Notes: generated by a model from the letters alone, not told the origin. Shown: positions 42,141-52,188, counted from the first letter of the stretch. The stretch: DNA of 64,000 bases from an uncultured Verrucomicrobiae bacterium (GCA_963726745.1 CAVSDR010000003.1:992001-1056000), one strand, 5' to 3'. Program-made: numbers and translations.

Positions 42141-42820
42141 TGCAGGCGCGCGCTCCCAGTCAGCGGATCGATCGCGACGCGATATTTCAGGTTGGGATTT
42201 TTTTTAGTGATGCTGCCGCTGTTATCGGGAATGGCATCGACCACGGCGAGAATTTGGCTCGGCGAGTTCGGGTCAAGACTGGTGGAGCCATTCGAGTGAA
42301 ACTCGATGTAGGCCCCGGTGAAGGTCGTGGTCGCGCCATTGCCAGACTGGGTGTTGTCGATCCGGGTCGTCGAGGTTTTGCGCGCATCGATCACACCCTC
42401 CTCTGTGGTGGCGTTCACCGTCGGCGTCGGATCGAAGGTGGCCGGCTGCGAGAGACGAGTCCACTTGCCGCGCTGCTTCCAGGTATTCGCAGTCTTGTTG
42501 AGACTAACAACAGCGTAGGCGCGCAGCGGCGCGTCCAATGGTACCGGACTCGAGTTGGCACTCGGGTCTCCTAAAATCAGCAGGCGGGTGCGGGTGCGCT
42601 CAGCGATGGCAATTTGCCGCGCATTCTCGAGTTCGGCCGTGAGTTGGCGGGCCGCGCCTTCGAGCGAACGGCCAGTCGCCGGCGCAAGCGCTGGCACGAG
42701 CAGGGCGATGGCAATCCCGATAATCGCCATCACAACCAACAGCTCGATGAGCGTGAAGGCACGAGGGCGTAAACGGGACCGGAGGACAGGGATATGCAAG
42801 GCGCGGGATGATGACAGCAT
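42137..42820 (-). CDS. prepilin-type protein (FimT/GspH/cassette protein D-like)
   Basis: RAFTLIELLVVMAII, ARQIAIA, IEFHSNG, IDPLTG. Confidence 0.85.
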   Translation of the reverse strand: MLSSSRALHIPVLRSRLRPRAFTLIELLVVMAIIGIAIALLVPALAPATGRSLEGAARQLTAELENARQIAIAERTRTRLLILGDPSANSSPVPLDAPLRAYAVVSLNKTANTWKQRGKWTRLSQPATFDPTPTVNATTEEGVIDARKTSTTRIDNTQSGNGATTTFTGAYIEFHSNGSTSLDPNSPSQILAVVDAIPDNSGSITKKNPNLKYRVAIDPLTGSARLQ

Positions 42821-42919
42821 TGCGCTGCGGGGGGCAATTTTAATCCCGAATGAGCCGATGCAAACCCGGAGATTTTTTGCAAGCGCCGCGCCGTCGATCA
42901 GCCGCGGAAAGCGCGGAGA

Positions 42920-43600
42920 TTAGCGATTGGAAACCGTCAGCGGCTCCGCCGTCTCAAGCTGCTTCACCACCGTGCTCAGGTAGACCGACTCCGGATGGTA
43001 GGCCTTGTATTTCGTGATCTCGGCGCGGTTCATCACCTTGAAGCCGTAGCGCTCAAACATTCGCTCGCCGCGCCGGCTCTCGAAGGTGACGATTTGCCCG
43101 AAGACCGCCTTCTCGCCGCAGCGATGAAGATACGAAAAATAAGCGCTCAAGAGCGAGCGGGTGGTCGACATCTTGCGCGCGTCCGGCAGGAGATTGATGT
43201 GGAAATGCGGGGTCCGCCGCGGCGCTGCCGGGACTTCGCGCCAGCCGTTCATCAGGATCCAGAGAATGAAGCGGCGCGAGCGCTCGTGATAGCGCGGGTA
43301 ACGCAGGAGCGCGCGCCCGAACAGCACGATGTTTTGGTAGAGCGAGTAGACCTGGTTGCGGAGTGATTTCCGGCAACCGAGCAGGTAACCGTGAAGCTCG
43401 CCGTCCTTCTCGATCACGAAGGAAGATTCCGGCTCGTGATCGGTGTAGTAGGTCGTGAGGAAGTCGGCAAAAAGCTCGCGGTCCTCGTAAACCGGATCGA
43501 TCGGCTCGCCGAGGAAACCCGTCTGGCAACAGAGCCGCCGCACCGCGGCGCGATCCGACGCCCGATAGTTTCGGATGGTAAATTCCTCGGGCGGCTTCAT
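42920..43600 (-). CDS. GNAT family acetyltransferase
   Basis: IRNYRASDR, YYTDHEPE, GYLLG, HFHINLLP, FERYGF. Confidence 0.75.
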   Translation of the reverse strand: MKPPEEFTIRNYRASDRAAVRRLCCQTGFLGEPIDPVYEDRELFADFLTTYYTDHEPESSFVIEKDGELHGYLLGCRKSLRNQVYSLYQNIVLFGRALLRYPRYHERSRRFILWILMNGWREVPAAPRRTPHFHINLLPDARKMSTTRSLLSAYFSYLHRCGEKAVFGQIVTFESRRGERMFERYGFKVMNRAEITKYKAYHPESVYLSTVVKQLETAEPLTVSNR

Positions 43601-43604
43601 GCGA

Positions 43605-44745
43605 TCAGTGCCCATAGCCTGCGCAGACTTCCCGGTAAATGCAAAAGAGCCGCGCGAAAACCTCCGGCCAGGCGAAGCGTCCCGCGACCGCCGCGGCCGC
43701 CTGCGCGCCAATTTCCGGCAAGGGCAAACGCGCCATCCGCGCGATCGCTTCCGCGAGTGCTTCGGCGCTGTTCTCCGTGGCCCAGGCGGATTGACCGTGC
43801 AGGATGGCATCGTCCATGTAGCTCCCGCGAATGCCGACCACCGGCGTGCCGCAAGCCTGCGCTTCCAGCGCCACCAGGCCGAAGGTTTCCTCCACGCCGG
43901 GATGCACAAAGAGGTCCGCCGCGCGGTAATAGCCAGCGAGCTCAGCAGCGTCGCTGCAGTAGGGAATCCAGGTCAGGCGATCACTCGTTAGGCCACGGAG
44001 CAAGTCGCGCTGCTGGCCGTCGCCGATGACCAGCGAGGTGAAAATTAGCCGGCAACTTCTCCAGCGCTGCGAAGAGAGTTTGCGTGTTCTTTTCGCTCGC
44101 GAGCCGGCCGACATAGAGCAGGAGCGTGCGACCTGCGGCGGCGGGGATTTCCGCGCGCGCGCCTTCCGGCCGAAAGATCCCGGTGTTCACGCCGAGCGGC
44201 ATCGGCCGCGTGTTTGGCACGCCCCAATTTTCCAGCAACGCCGCCAGCCGCGCCGAGGGCACCAGCGTGACCGCAAAGCGCCGGTAAAGCTCGCGCGTGT
44301 AGGCTTCGCCGGCGCGAAGCGCGAGCCGCGCCGCGGTTTTGCCCAGCCGGCGCACCGGCCCGCGTAGATACGCCTCGACGAAGTGCGAGTGGTAAAACGC
44401 CACCACCGGGATGCGCTGCCTCTGGCCGATCGCGAGCGCGCGCCAGCCGACCTGATACGGATCGGCCGACTCGATGATGTCCGGCCGCTCGCGCGCGATG
44501 ATTTCCTCGACCGCGCGCAGGTCGAGGAGCGCGCGGTATTGCGTCCGGCGTGAGATCAAGGGCGAGCGAATCGTGCAGGTGCAGAGGCGGCCTTCGCGCA
44601 CGATTTCATTCTTCGCGCCCGGGATGACGAGCAGGTGCTCATCGCCGCTGCCGGATTCCTCGATGAAGCGCCGCTTCTCCCCGAGGTAGCGTTTCACCCC
44701 GCCGCTCAACGGCGAGTAAAACTGCGTCAGGTCACAGACCTTCAC
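43605..44745 (-). CDS. glycosyltransferase family 4 (frameshift ~44035)
   Basis: FYSPLSGGVKRYL, YVGRLASEK, ETFGLVALEAQACGTPV. Confidence 0.88.
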
Positions 44746-44766
44746 GGTCGTTCGGCGGCGCGCGCT

Positions 44767-45693
44767 TTACGAGTTCAGCGCGCTCAGGTAGCGCTCGGCC
44801 TCGAGCGCTGCGGCGCAGCCGGAGCCGGCGGCGGTAATCGCCTGTTTGTAGACGCGATCGGCCACGTCGCCGGCGATGAAGACGCCCGGGTGCTTGCTCT
44901 CCGCAAGGTGACGCGCGATCAAATAGCCATCGGGATCGGTCTCCAGTTTTCCCTGGAAAGCCTTCGTGTTCGGGTCGTGGCCGATGGCCACAAAAACGCA
45001 GGCCACATCGAGCCGCCGCTCGGCGTTCGTCTGCACGTCGCGCAGGTTCACCGCGGTCATCTCGCCTTTTTCGTCAGCGATATATTTCGTGATCACGGTG
45101 TTCCAGATCGGCTCGATCAAGTCGCACGCGAGCACGCGGTCGGCCATGATCTTGGAGGCGCGCAGGCTGTCGCGGCGATGGATCAGGTAAACCTTGGAAG
45201 CGAAGCGCGTGAGGAAGAGCGCCTCCTCGGCTGCGGAATCCCCGCCGCCAACCACGCAGACGGGGACGTTGCGGTAGAAAGCGCCGTCGCAGGTGGCACA
45301 ACTCGTTAGGCCATGGCCGATGAGCTTCTCTTCGTTCTCCAGCCCGAGCCAGCGCGCGGCCGCGCCGCTCGCGATGATGAGCGATTGCGTCTCGACCCAT
45401 TCCTCGCCGTCGAGTTGCACCCGCACATGGCCGGCGGCCGGCTCAAACGCGGTCACGAGAGCGTATTTGAACCGGGCGCCAAATTTCTCCGCCTGCGCAT
45501 GCATGTTCATGATCAACTGCGGGCCGTCGATTCCTTCGGGGAAGCCGGGAAAATTTTCCACCAAAGTGGTGGTGGAAAGCTGGCCGCCAGGTTGCGGTCC
45601 TTCGAGCACGAGCGGGGCGAGGTTCGAGCGCGCCGCGTAGATCGCCGCGGTCAATCCCGCGCAGCCCGTCCCGACGATGATCACTTTTTCCAT
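44767..45693 (-). CDS. trxB: thioredoxin reductase
   Basis: GTGCAGLTAA, ENFPGF, CATCDG, GGGDSAAEE, AGDVAD..YKQA. Confidence 0.95.
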   Translation of the reverse strand: MEKVIIVGTGCAGLTAAIYAARSNLAPLVLEGPQPGGQLSTTTLVENFPGFPEGIDGPQLIMNMHAQAEKFGARFKYALVTAFEPAAGHVRVQLDGEEWVETQSLIIASGAAARWLGLENEEKLIGHGLTSCATCDGAFYRNVPVCVVGGGDSAAEEALFLTRFASKVYLIHRRDSLRASKIMADRVLACDLIEPIWNTVITKYIADEKGEMTAVNLRDVQTNAERRLDVACVFVAIGHDPNTKAFQGKLETDPDGYLIARHLAESKHPGVFIAGDVADRVYKQAITAAGSGCAAALEAERYLSALNS

Positions 45694-45759
45694 GCGGCCG
45701 GAACTTAGCATGCCGCGCGAGCGTGCGACAATCGACCGGCCTGTGGCTACCTTCCGCCC

Positions 45760-46554
45760 ATGCCCGAGCTGGCCGAGGTGGAGTTCAATCGCAAGAAATG
45801 GGATGCCGGCCTGGGCGCGAAGGTGCTCGCAGTCGCGCTCCACGGCGCGAAGCGGATCTTTCGCGGGAGCGACGCGAAAGAGATCGCGCGCCGCCTAACG
45901 AGTCAAAAGCTGCTCCGCTCCGAGGCGCGCGGGAAGCAGATGCTCTTCGTCTTCGGCGGCGACAACTGGCTGGGGCTCCATCTCGGGATGAGCGGCGCGC
46001 TCCGGACCGAGCCGGCGAAGTTTGCGCCCGAGAAGCACGATCATCTGGTCCTGCGCCAGGCGAAACAGGCGCTGGTTTTTCGCGATCCGCGGCTCTTTGG
46101 GCGAGTGAAATTTCATCACGGAAAGGAGACGCCGCCTTGGTGGAGCAGTGCGCCGGAGATCGGCTCCAAGGAATTTACCCAGCGATATGTGGCCGATTTC
46201 CTCCAGCGCCATGCGCGCGCGCCAATCAAGGCGGTGATCCTGCGGCAGGAAGGTTTTCCGGGTGTGGGCAATTGGATGGCGGACGAAATTCTTTGGCGCG
46301 CAGGAGATTTTGCCGGCGCGCAAAGCGGGGTCGTTCAGGCGTGGAGGAACGCAGCCGCGCTGCGGCGGGCGACGCGGTTTGTTTCGCGCGAAGCGCTGCG
46401 CGTCATCGGGCACGATTATTCGGACCCGCCAAAGAGCTGGCTAATTCACGAGCGCTGGAGCGCGAAAGGCGTGTGCCCGCGGCATCGCACGCTCTTCAAG
46501 CGGGCGACGATCGGCGGGCGGACGACGGCCTGGTGCGCGCAGTGCCAGGTGTAA
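45760..46554 (+). CDS. Fpg/Nei family DNA glycosylase
   Basis: MPELAEVE, RGK, HLGMSG, DPRLFG, GVGNWMADE, C-terminal zinc finger GRTTAWC..CQ. Confidence 0.9.
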   Translation: MPELAEVEFNRKKWDAGLGAKVLAVALHGAKRIFRGSDAKEIARRLTSQKLLRSEARGKQMLFVFGGDNWLGLHLGMSGALRTEPAKFAPEKHDHLVLRQAKQALVFRDPRLFGRVKFHHGKETPPWWSSAPEIGSKEFTQRYVADFLQRHARAPIKAVILRQEGFPGVGNWMADEILWRAGDFAGAQSGVVQAWRNAAALRRATRFVSREALRVIGHDYSDPPKSWLIHERWSAKGVCPRHRTLFKRATIGGRTTAWCAQCQV

Positions 46555-46555
46555 T

Positions 46556-46608
46556 TTCCGGGAGCGCAGCTGTCGGAAACGACAGGCTGGCAGCCTGTGC
46601 TCCCGGAA
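46556..46608. repeat. intergenic compound hairpin related to the carB-element REPs
   Basis: TTCCGGGAGCGCAG...CTGTGCTCCCGGAA outer stem, CTGTCG-gaaa-CGACAG, and ACAGGCT-ggc-AGCCTGT; between convergent genes. Confidence 0.65.
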
Positions 46609-47295
46609 CTACCGCTCCAGCGCCACCCGAAAGAGCGTGGCGATGATGCGGGTGCCGGCGAGCAAGGTGCCGCGCAGGCTCCCGGAGACTTTGGATTCGC
46701 CGCCGGTGCGGCAGCGGTGGTTCACCGGGATCTCGCGGATGCGCAGGCCGGCGCGAGCAGCGCGCATCTGCATCTCGAGGTTCCAGCCGTAGGTTTCCTC
46801 CTTCATCCCGAGGCGCGCGAGGGCGTCGCGCCGGATCGCGCGAAAGGGACACATGTCGGTGTATTGCACGCCGTAGAGCGGGCGAATGAGAATGCCGGCT
46901 AAATATCCGGCAAAGACCTGCTGCGCGTTCATGCTCCCGGGTTCGCGCTCCCCGCGAGTGCGCGAGCCGATGACGAAGTCGGCCAGGTTGTCGGCAATCG
47001 GCCGGACGAGCGTTTCCATGAACTCCGGGCAATCGCTCCCGTCGCCATCGAGGAAGACGACGATCTCGCAGTCCTCCGCAACCGCGGCCACGCCGGCAGC
47101 GCAGGCGCGGCCGTAACCGCGCGGCGCCTTCACCACCTGCGCGCCTGCCGCCTGCGCGCGCTCGGCGGTGCGATCGGTGCTGCCGTTGTCGACCACGATG
47201 ATCTCGTTAGGCAAACCAGTCGCGCGGCAGGCCCGCACGACCTCGGCGATCGGCTCCTCTTCGTTGAGCGCGGGAATGACAACCGACACTTTCAT
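46609..47295 (-). CDS. glycosyltransferase family 2
   Basis: VVIPALNEE, VVDNGSTD, FLDGDG, YTDMCPFRAI. Confidence 0.9.
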   Translation of the reverse strand: MKVSVVIPALNEEEPIAEVVRACRATGLPNEIIVVDNGSTDRTAERAQAAGAQVVKAPRGYGRACAAGVAAVAEDCEIVVFLDGDGSDCPEFMETLVRPIADNLADFVIGSRTRGEREPGSMNAQQVFAGYLAGILIRPLYGVQYTDMCPFRAIRRDALARLGMKEETYGWNLEMQMRAARAGLRIREIPVNHRCRTGGESKVSGSLRGTLLAGTRIIATLFRVALER

Positions 47296-48302
47296 CGCAG
47301 GACCATCGCCGCGGTGCCGAAGTAAAGCAGGAGCGCGCAGAAATCGGCCAGCGCGAGGGTCACCGGGCCGGCGGCGATTTTCGGATCGAGCTTCAGCCAA
47401 TGCAGGAGCGACGGAACCGAGAGCCCGAAGAGACACGCGGTAACCAGCGAGACGCTGATGCTCCCGCCAATGACGCAGGCCGCGAGCAGGTCGCGCCGCC
47501 AGGTCCAGACGATCGCGCACACGACCACGCCGCACGCGCCGCCGAGGAGCGCCGCGGTGGTGGCCTCGCGGCGGAAAGCTTCAACGAACCAGCGGCGCGT
47601 CGGCTTCTGCGAGCGGAGCGCTTCGATGGTCACAGTCATGGATTGCATGCTCACGCTCTCGTTCAGGCCCAGGACCATGGTGAGGAAGAACGCGATCACC
47701 AGGCTCTCGGCGAGCGTGGTTTCAAAAGCGCCGGCTAAAAGCGCGCAAGCCGTCCCGCTGAAGACCGTGGCCAGGAGCCAGGGGAAGCGGTAACGAAAAA
47801 TGCGCGCGGGCGAGGCGCCGCGGATTTGGGAAAGGTGGAAGCCGAGCGACTCGAAAAAAGTATCCGCCGGCGGCCGAGGTGGCTCGCTCAGTCGCTCCTC
47901 CGCTTCCAGCACTTCCTGCCGGAAAAGCCCGACATCGACCACGCCGACAACGCGGCGCTCGGCATCGACCACCGGGAAGGCGAAGAACTTGTAGAGCACG
48001 AAGAACTCGCAGGCATCGAGCACGGTCGCAGTCGCTGGGAGCGCGACCACGCGGCGGATCATGATCTCCTCCAGCCGCGTCTCAAGCGGCGCGGTCAGCA
48101 GCCGTCTCGTCGGCAAAACGCCGGCTAATTTCCGCTCCGCATCGACCGCATAGAAGTAGATCACGCGTTCGCCCACGCCTTCGCGCCGGATGGTATCCAG
48201 CGCCTCCTGCACCGTCATGTCGACCCGCAGGAGCGGCAGATCCTTGCGCGCATGGAGCGCGATCGGCTCGTCAAAGTCGGGAATGACGGCCGGCTCGTCC
48301 AT
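47292..48302 (-). CDS. mgtE: MgtE-family magnesium transporter (CBS pair plus membrane domain)
   Basis: CBS pair, RFPWLL, LKLDP..AGP. Confidence 0.8.
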   Translation of the reverse strand: MDEPAVIPDFDEPIALHARKDLPLLRVDMTVQEALDTIRREGVGERVIYFYAVDAERKLAGVLPTRRLLTAPLETRLEEIMIRRVVALPATATVLDACEFFVLYKFFAFPVVDAERRVVGVVDVGLFRQEVLEAEERLSEPPRPPADTFFESLGFHLSQIRGASPARIFRYRFPWLLATVFSGTACALLAGAFETTLAESLVIAFFLTMVLGLNESVSMQSMTVTIEALRSQKPTRRWFVEAFRREATTAALLGGACGVVVCAIVWTWRRDLLAACVIGGSISVSLVTACLFGLSVPSLLHWLKLDPKIAAGPVTLALADFCALLLYFGTAAMVLR

Positions 48303-49432
48303 CAAGTGGAGGCCACGCGGTGGACGATGCCTTTTTTGCGGAGGATATCGGCCGCTTCGCTGAAGTAATCCTTCACGTTGGCCTGGGTGCGGATCCAATC
48401 GAGGTAACGGCCGATGCCGGTCGCGAGGTCGACCTGCGGAGCGTAACCGGCCGCGCGGATGCGCTCGGTGCCGCTGATGAGCGAGCGCATTTCGCCCGGG
48501 CGAAATTCGCCGTTGGTTTCGGGCGCGAGGCGGATGCCAAGGGCGTCGGAGATTTGCTCGGCGACTTCGCGAATCGGGACGCCGCGGCCGCTGCCGACGT
48601 TCACTGGATAGCCGTCGAGTTGATCGGTGGTAGCGGCGAGGAGATTGGCGCGCGCGATGTCTTCCACGAAGGAGAAGTCGCGCGTTTGCTCGCCATCTTC
48701 GTAGAGCACGGGCGGGAGATCGTTCAGCAGGCGAGTGCAGAAAATCGCGATCACGCCGGTGTAGGGATTAAAGATCGATTGCCGCGGGCCGTAGGTGCAG
48801 GAGTAGCGGAGCGCGACTGTGGGGATGCCGCTCTGTTTGCCCCAGAGAAGGACGAGCTTTTCCTGGTCGACTTTCGTCAGGCCGTAGACGGTTTCGCCGC
48901 CAATGGGCGCTTCCTCCGGCGTGGGCACGCTGGTGGTGACGGCGCCGCATTTCGGACAATGAACCGACCAATCGCCGGTGCGGAGCTGCTCGATCGGGCG
49001 GACGCCGGGAAAGACCAGGCCGTGCTCCGGGCACTGGCCGGCGCCTTCGCTGTAAACCGCCTGCGAAGAGGCGACGACGATTTTTTTAACCGGCAACTTC
49101 TCCTCGCGAATGATCTCGAGGAGTTGCGCGGTCCCGAGCGAGTTCACCTCGACGTATTTCGCGATCTCCGGCATGTAGCCGCCGTAAGCCGCCTGGTGGA
49201 AGACGACGTCGATCTTCTCGAGCGCGGCGCGCATGGTCGCGCGGTCGCGCAGGTCGCCCTGGAGAAACTCGGCGCGCTCATTCACCCACGCCGGCTTGCC
49301 CTGCTTGTGCGTGTTTGGCTCGAGGTTATCGAGGATGCGGACGCTCCAGCCTTCGCGCAGAAGCAGGTCGACCAGATGCGACCCGATCAAGCCCGCTCCG
49401 CCCGTGACCAACGCTCGTTTTTCCGTCGTCAT
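48302..49432 (-). CDS. NAD-dependent epimerase/dehydratase
   Basis: VTGGAGLIGSH, YGLTK, YGPRQ, RDFSFVED. Confidence 0.9.
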   Translation of the reverse strand: MTTEKRALVTGGAGLIGSHLVDLLLREGWSVRILDNLEPNTHKQGKPAWVNERAEFLQGDLRDRATMRAALEKIDVVFHQAAYGGYMPEIAKYVEVNSLGTAQLLEIIREEKLPVKKIVVASSQAVYSEGAGQCPEHGLVFPGVRPIEQLRTGDWSVHCPKCGAVTTSVPTPEEAPIGGETVYGLTKVDQEKLVLLWGKQSGIPTVALRYSCTYGPRQSIFNPYTGVIAIFCTRLLNDLPPVLYEDGEQTRDFSFVEDIARANLLAATTDQLDGYPVNVGSGRGVPIREVAEQISDALGIRLAPETNGEFRPGEMRSLISGTERIRAAGYAPQVDLATGIGRYLDWIRTQANVKDYFSEAADILRKKGIVHRVAST

Positions 49433-49530
49433 GTGATCGCACACTGGTCGCTGATCGCACCGGTTTCGCAACGCCGCGCGCACGGAGAGCGCCGCGCAGA
49501 TTCCGCGGCCGCGGCAGAGGCGACCTCTCG

Positions 49531-50283
49531 TTAGGCTCCGAGGCGGGCGGAGAGTTGCGCGAGGCAGTCGCGGGTCGCGGGCGCTTCGAAGCCGGCGTGC
49601 TCCGGATCCGCCAAAGTGCTGGCTAATTTCTCCAGCGTGGCGCGATCGTCCACGTCGAACCAGGTCGGGAGCATGTGGACATCGAGCCCCAACTCGGCCG
49701 CGCGTTCGAGCGTCTGCGTGGCCACACGCTCCGTGCTCCAGTCGATCCGCTCGAAGAGCGCCGCGTGCGCCTGTTTCATCCCAATGAGGTAATAGCCGCC
49801 ATCCTCCGAGGGACCGAAGACGATGCGGTCGCCGGGTTGCGCGAGCGCCGCGGCGGCGTCGCGGTAGGCTTCGACTGGGACCGTCGGGCTGTCGGAATCG
49901 ATCAGGCAAACCGACTCGAAGCCGATCTCGAAAAGATCCGCGGTCGCAAGCGTGAGCCGTTCGCCGAAAGCGTCGCCGCGCTGCGCGATGAGCTCGAACT
50001 CCGGCGGAAAGATATCGGCGTAGACGGCCTCTTCACCGACCGGGGTGTAGACGGCAATGCCGCGGGCGAAGGCCTGGCCGCAAGCGGCCTGGATGGCCGC
50101 GCCGGTGTCGCGCAGGAAGCAGGCATTGAGCGCGGCGGCTTCTGCCGGGGTGAGCGGCGGGCTGAGGCGCGTCTTCACTTTTCCGGGACGCGGCGCCTTC
50201 GTCATGACCGCGAGGGCGCAAAGCCCGGGCGGCACTTGTTTGCCTAACGAGCGATCGAAAACGCGGTGGCCCGGCGCGCTCAC
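49531..50283 (-). CDS. TIGR04282/DUF2064 family glycosyltransferase-like protein
   Basis: KAPRPGKVKTRL, QRGDAFGER, DSDSP, GPSEDGGYYLIG, WFDVD. Confidence 0.85.
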   Translation of the reverse strand: MSAPGHRVFDRSLGKQVPPGLCALAVMTKAPRPGKVKTRLSPPLTPAEAAALNACFLRDTGAAIQAACGQAFARGIAVYTPVGEEAVYADIFPPEFELIAQRGDAFGERLTLATADLFEIGFESVCLIDSDSPTVPVEAYRDAAAALAQPGDRIVFGPSEDGGYYLIGMKQAHAALFERIDWSTERVATQTLERAAELGLDVHMLPTWFDVDDRATLEKLASTLADPEHAGFEAPATRDCLAQLSARLGA

Positions 50284-51008
50284 GCTTTCGCGCAGAGCGC
50301 GTATTGGTAGCGGCCATCCTGCCAGATGCGGACCTCGCCCCACGGCTGGGTGGCAAAGAGCTCCGCAAATTCCCGCGCGGCGAGCACGGTCGCGCGGCGG
50401 GGCTCGCGGCAGCCATTGTTCATCCGGGTGGCGCGGGCCAGGAGCCACATCGCGAGCAAGGGCAGCGAAGCCCAGAAGGCGTAGCGCGGCTCGGCGATGA
50501 GACAGCGACCGCCGGGCCGGAGGATGCGGTGCATTTCGCCGAGAGCGCGCGCCGGATCGGGCAGCACGGTGAAGAGCCGGGCCGCAAGGACGAGATCGAC
50601 GCTCGCGTCCTCGTGCGAAAGAGAGAGCACATTGTCGGCGGCGAAGCGGCAATTTCTGAGCGCCAGCCGGCGGGCCTTGGCGCGGGCGCAATCGAGCTGA
50701 CGGGCAGCGCGATCGATTCCAAGAACGGAAAGCCCGGGGAAGCGCTGCGCGAAACCGCAGGAGTAAAAGCCCGGGCCGCAGCCGAGCTCGACCATTTGCG
50801 TGCCGGGCCGCGGCCGGCCCGCGGGCCACAGCGCGCGGATCATCCGGCTGGTGTCATCGCGGAAAAGACGCTCCCGAAAGAAGACGTAGAGCCAGGCGAA
50901 ACGATTAAAGAGGCTATCGTCCTCCTCCCGCGCCGCGGCGAACTCCGTGGGACGCGCGGAGATTTCTCCGGCAATCATCGCCGCGGGTCTCTCGATGGTC
51001 TGGCTCAT
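50280..51008 (-). CDS. class I SAM-dependent methyltransferase
   Basis: VELGCGPG, LGID, RILRPGG. Confidence 0.85.
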   Translation of the reverse strand: MSQTIERPAAMIAGEISARPTEFAAAREEDDSLFNRFAWLYVFFRERLFRDDTSRMIRALWPAGRPRPGTQMVELGCGPGFYSCGFAQRFPGLSVLGIDRAARQLDCARAKARRLALRNCRFAADNVLSLSHEDASVDLVLAARLFTVLPDPARALGEMHRILRPGGRCLIAEPRYAFWASLPLLAMWLLARATRMNNGCREPRRATVLAAREFAELFATQPWGEVRIWQDGRYQYALCAKA

Positions 51009-51306
51009 GCTTAATTAGGCAGCGCAATCACCGCGACTGCCGGAGGGGAAAGCGAGCAGACCAGGGAAGTTTTTCACAGGCTTTCTTTGAATGATTTCTT
51101 AAACCCCAGCTCTCTCTTCATCATCTGGGAGCCAATAACCGGCCGGATCGCCGTGCCCACACGAGGCGTGGCCGTCGCGCCAGCAGCCTGTGCATAAACG
51201 GAGGCGCAAGGACCGACAACTCGCTCCGGAGTGGAGAAGGACGGATGGTGTTCACGGTTATTCAAAGATGTTGGCTTCTTGCTGAGCGTTCCATTAACAG
51301 AACGGA

Positions 51307-52137
51307 ATGCCTTCGTTCCGGGTCGTGGTTTGGTTGCTCGCGAGCCTCCTGGCGACGCGCGCGCCTGCATTGGGAAACGCCGATGAGCCGAGTCTCGCGC
51401 GTATCGGCCAGATCCTCGCGGGCAAACCAAAGGTCGACCTGACGCACGCCTTCGCTCCCGGGATTCCGCATTGGCCCGGCTTTCCGGAGGAGAAACGCGA
51501 GACGCTCTATTGGTATGAGAAAGGGCGCGGCTCGATGGGCACGGGTTTCTTTGCGGAACGCTACGCGCTCGTGGGGCAATGGGGCACGCACGTGGATCCG
51601 CCGGCGCATTTCCACCGGGGACTGCGCACGGTCGACCAGATCAAGCTCGAGGAAATGATCCTGCCGCTGGTGGTGATCGATGTGCACGAGGAGGTGGCAA
51701 AAAATCCGGACTACACGCTGACGCTCGAGCGCGTGCGGGCATGGGAGAAAGCGCACGGGGAAATTCCTGCGGGCGCGTTTGTGGCCTTGCGCACGGATTG
51801 GTCGAAGCGCTGGCCGGATGGGGCGGCGATGGAAAACAAGGATGCGGCCGGCGTGGCGCACTACCCCGGCTGGGGCAAGGAAGCGCTGCAGTTCCTCTAC
51901 GAGACGCGCAAGATCACCGCGAGCGGACACGAGACGACCGACACCGATCCCGGCCTTGCCACTTCCAAGGACGACTACACGCTCGAGACCTATGTGCTCG
52001 GGACGGATCATTACCAGATCGAGTTGCTGGCTAATCTCGACCAGGTGCCGGAGGCAGGCGCGTTGGTCGTGGTCACGTTTCCCAAGCCGAAAGGCGGTTC
52101 CGGATTTCCCGCGCGCGTCTTTGCGATCCTCCCGTAG
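51307..52137 (+). CDS. cyclase / kynurenine formamidase-like protein with signal peptide
   Basis: VDLTH, GTHVDPPAHF, HETTDTD, IELLANL, GSGFPARVFA. Confidence 0.85.
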   Translation: MPSFRVVVWLLASLLATRAPALGNADEPSLARIGQILAGKPKVDLTHAFAPGIPHWPGFPEEKRETLYWYEKGRGSMGTGFFAERYALVGQWGTHVDPPAHFHRGLRTVDQIKLEEMILPLVVIDVHEEVAKNPDYTLTLERVRAWEKAHGEIPAGAFVALRTDWSKRWPDGAAMENKDAAGVAHYPGWGKEALQFLYETRKITASGHETTDTDPGLATSKDDYTLETYVLGTDHYQIELLANLDQVPEAGALVVVTFPKPKGGSGFPARVFAILP

Positions 52138-52188
52138 CGCGAGTCTCCGCACGGCCAAAGGCTGCCGCGCGCGCGAACCTTTAACCCT

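Noticed and set aside
33972..43000. Integrative element or prophage at tRNA-Thr
   Set aside because: No integrase, phage genes or duplicated tRNA 3' end seen
51010..51300. Riboswitch upstream of the methyltransferase
   Set aside because: Could not match any known riboswitch consensus by eye; needs an Rfam scan
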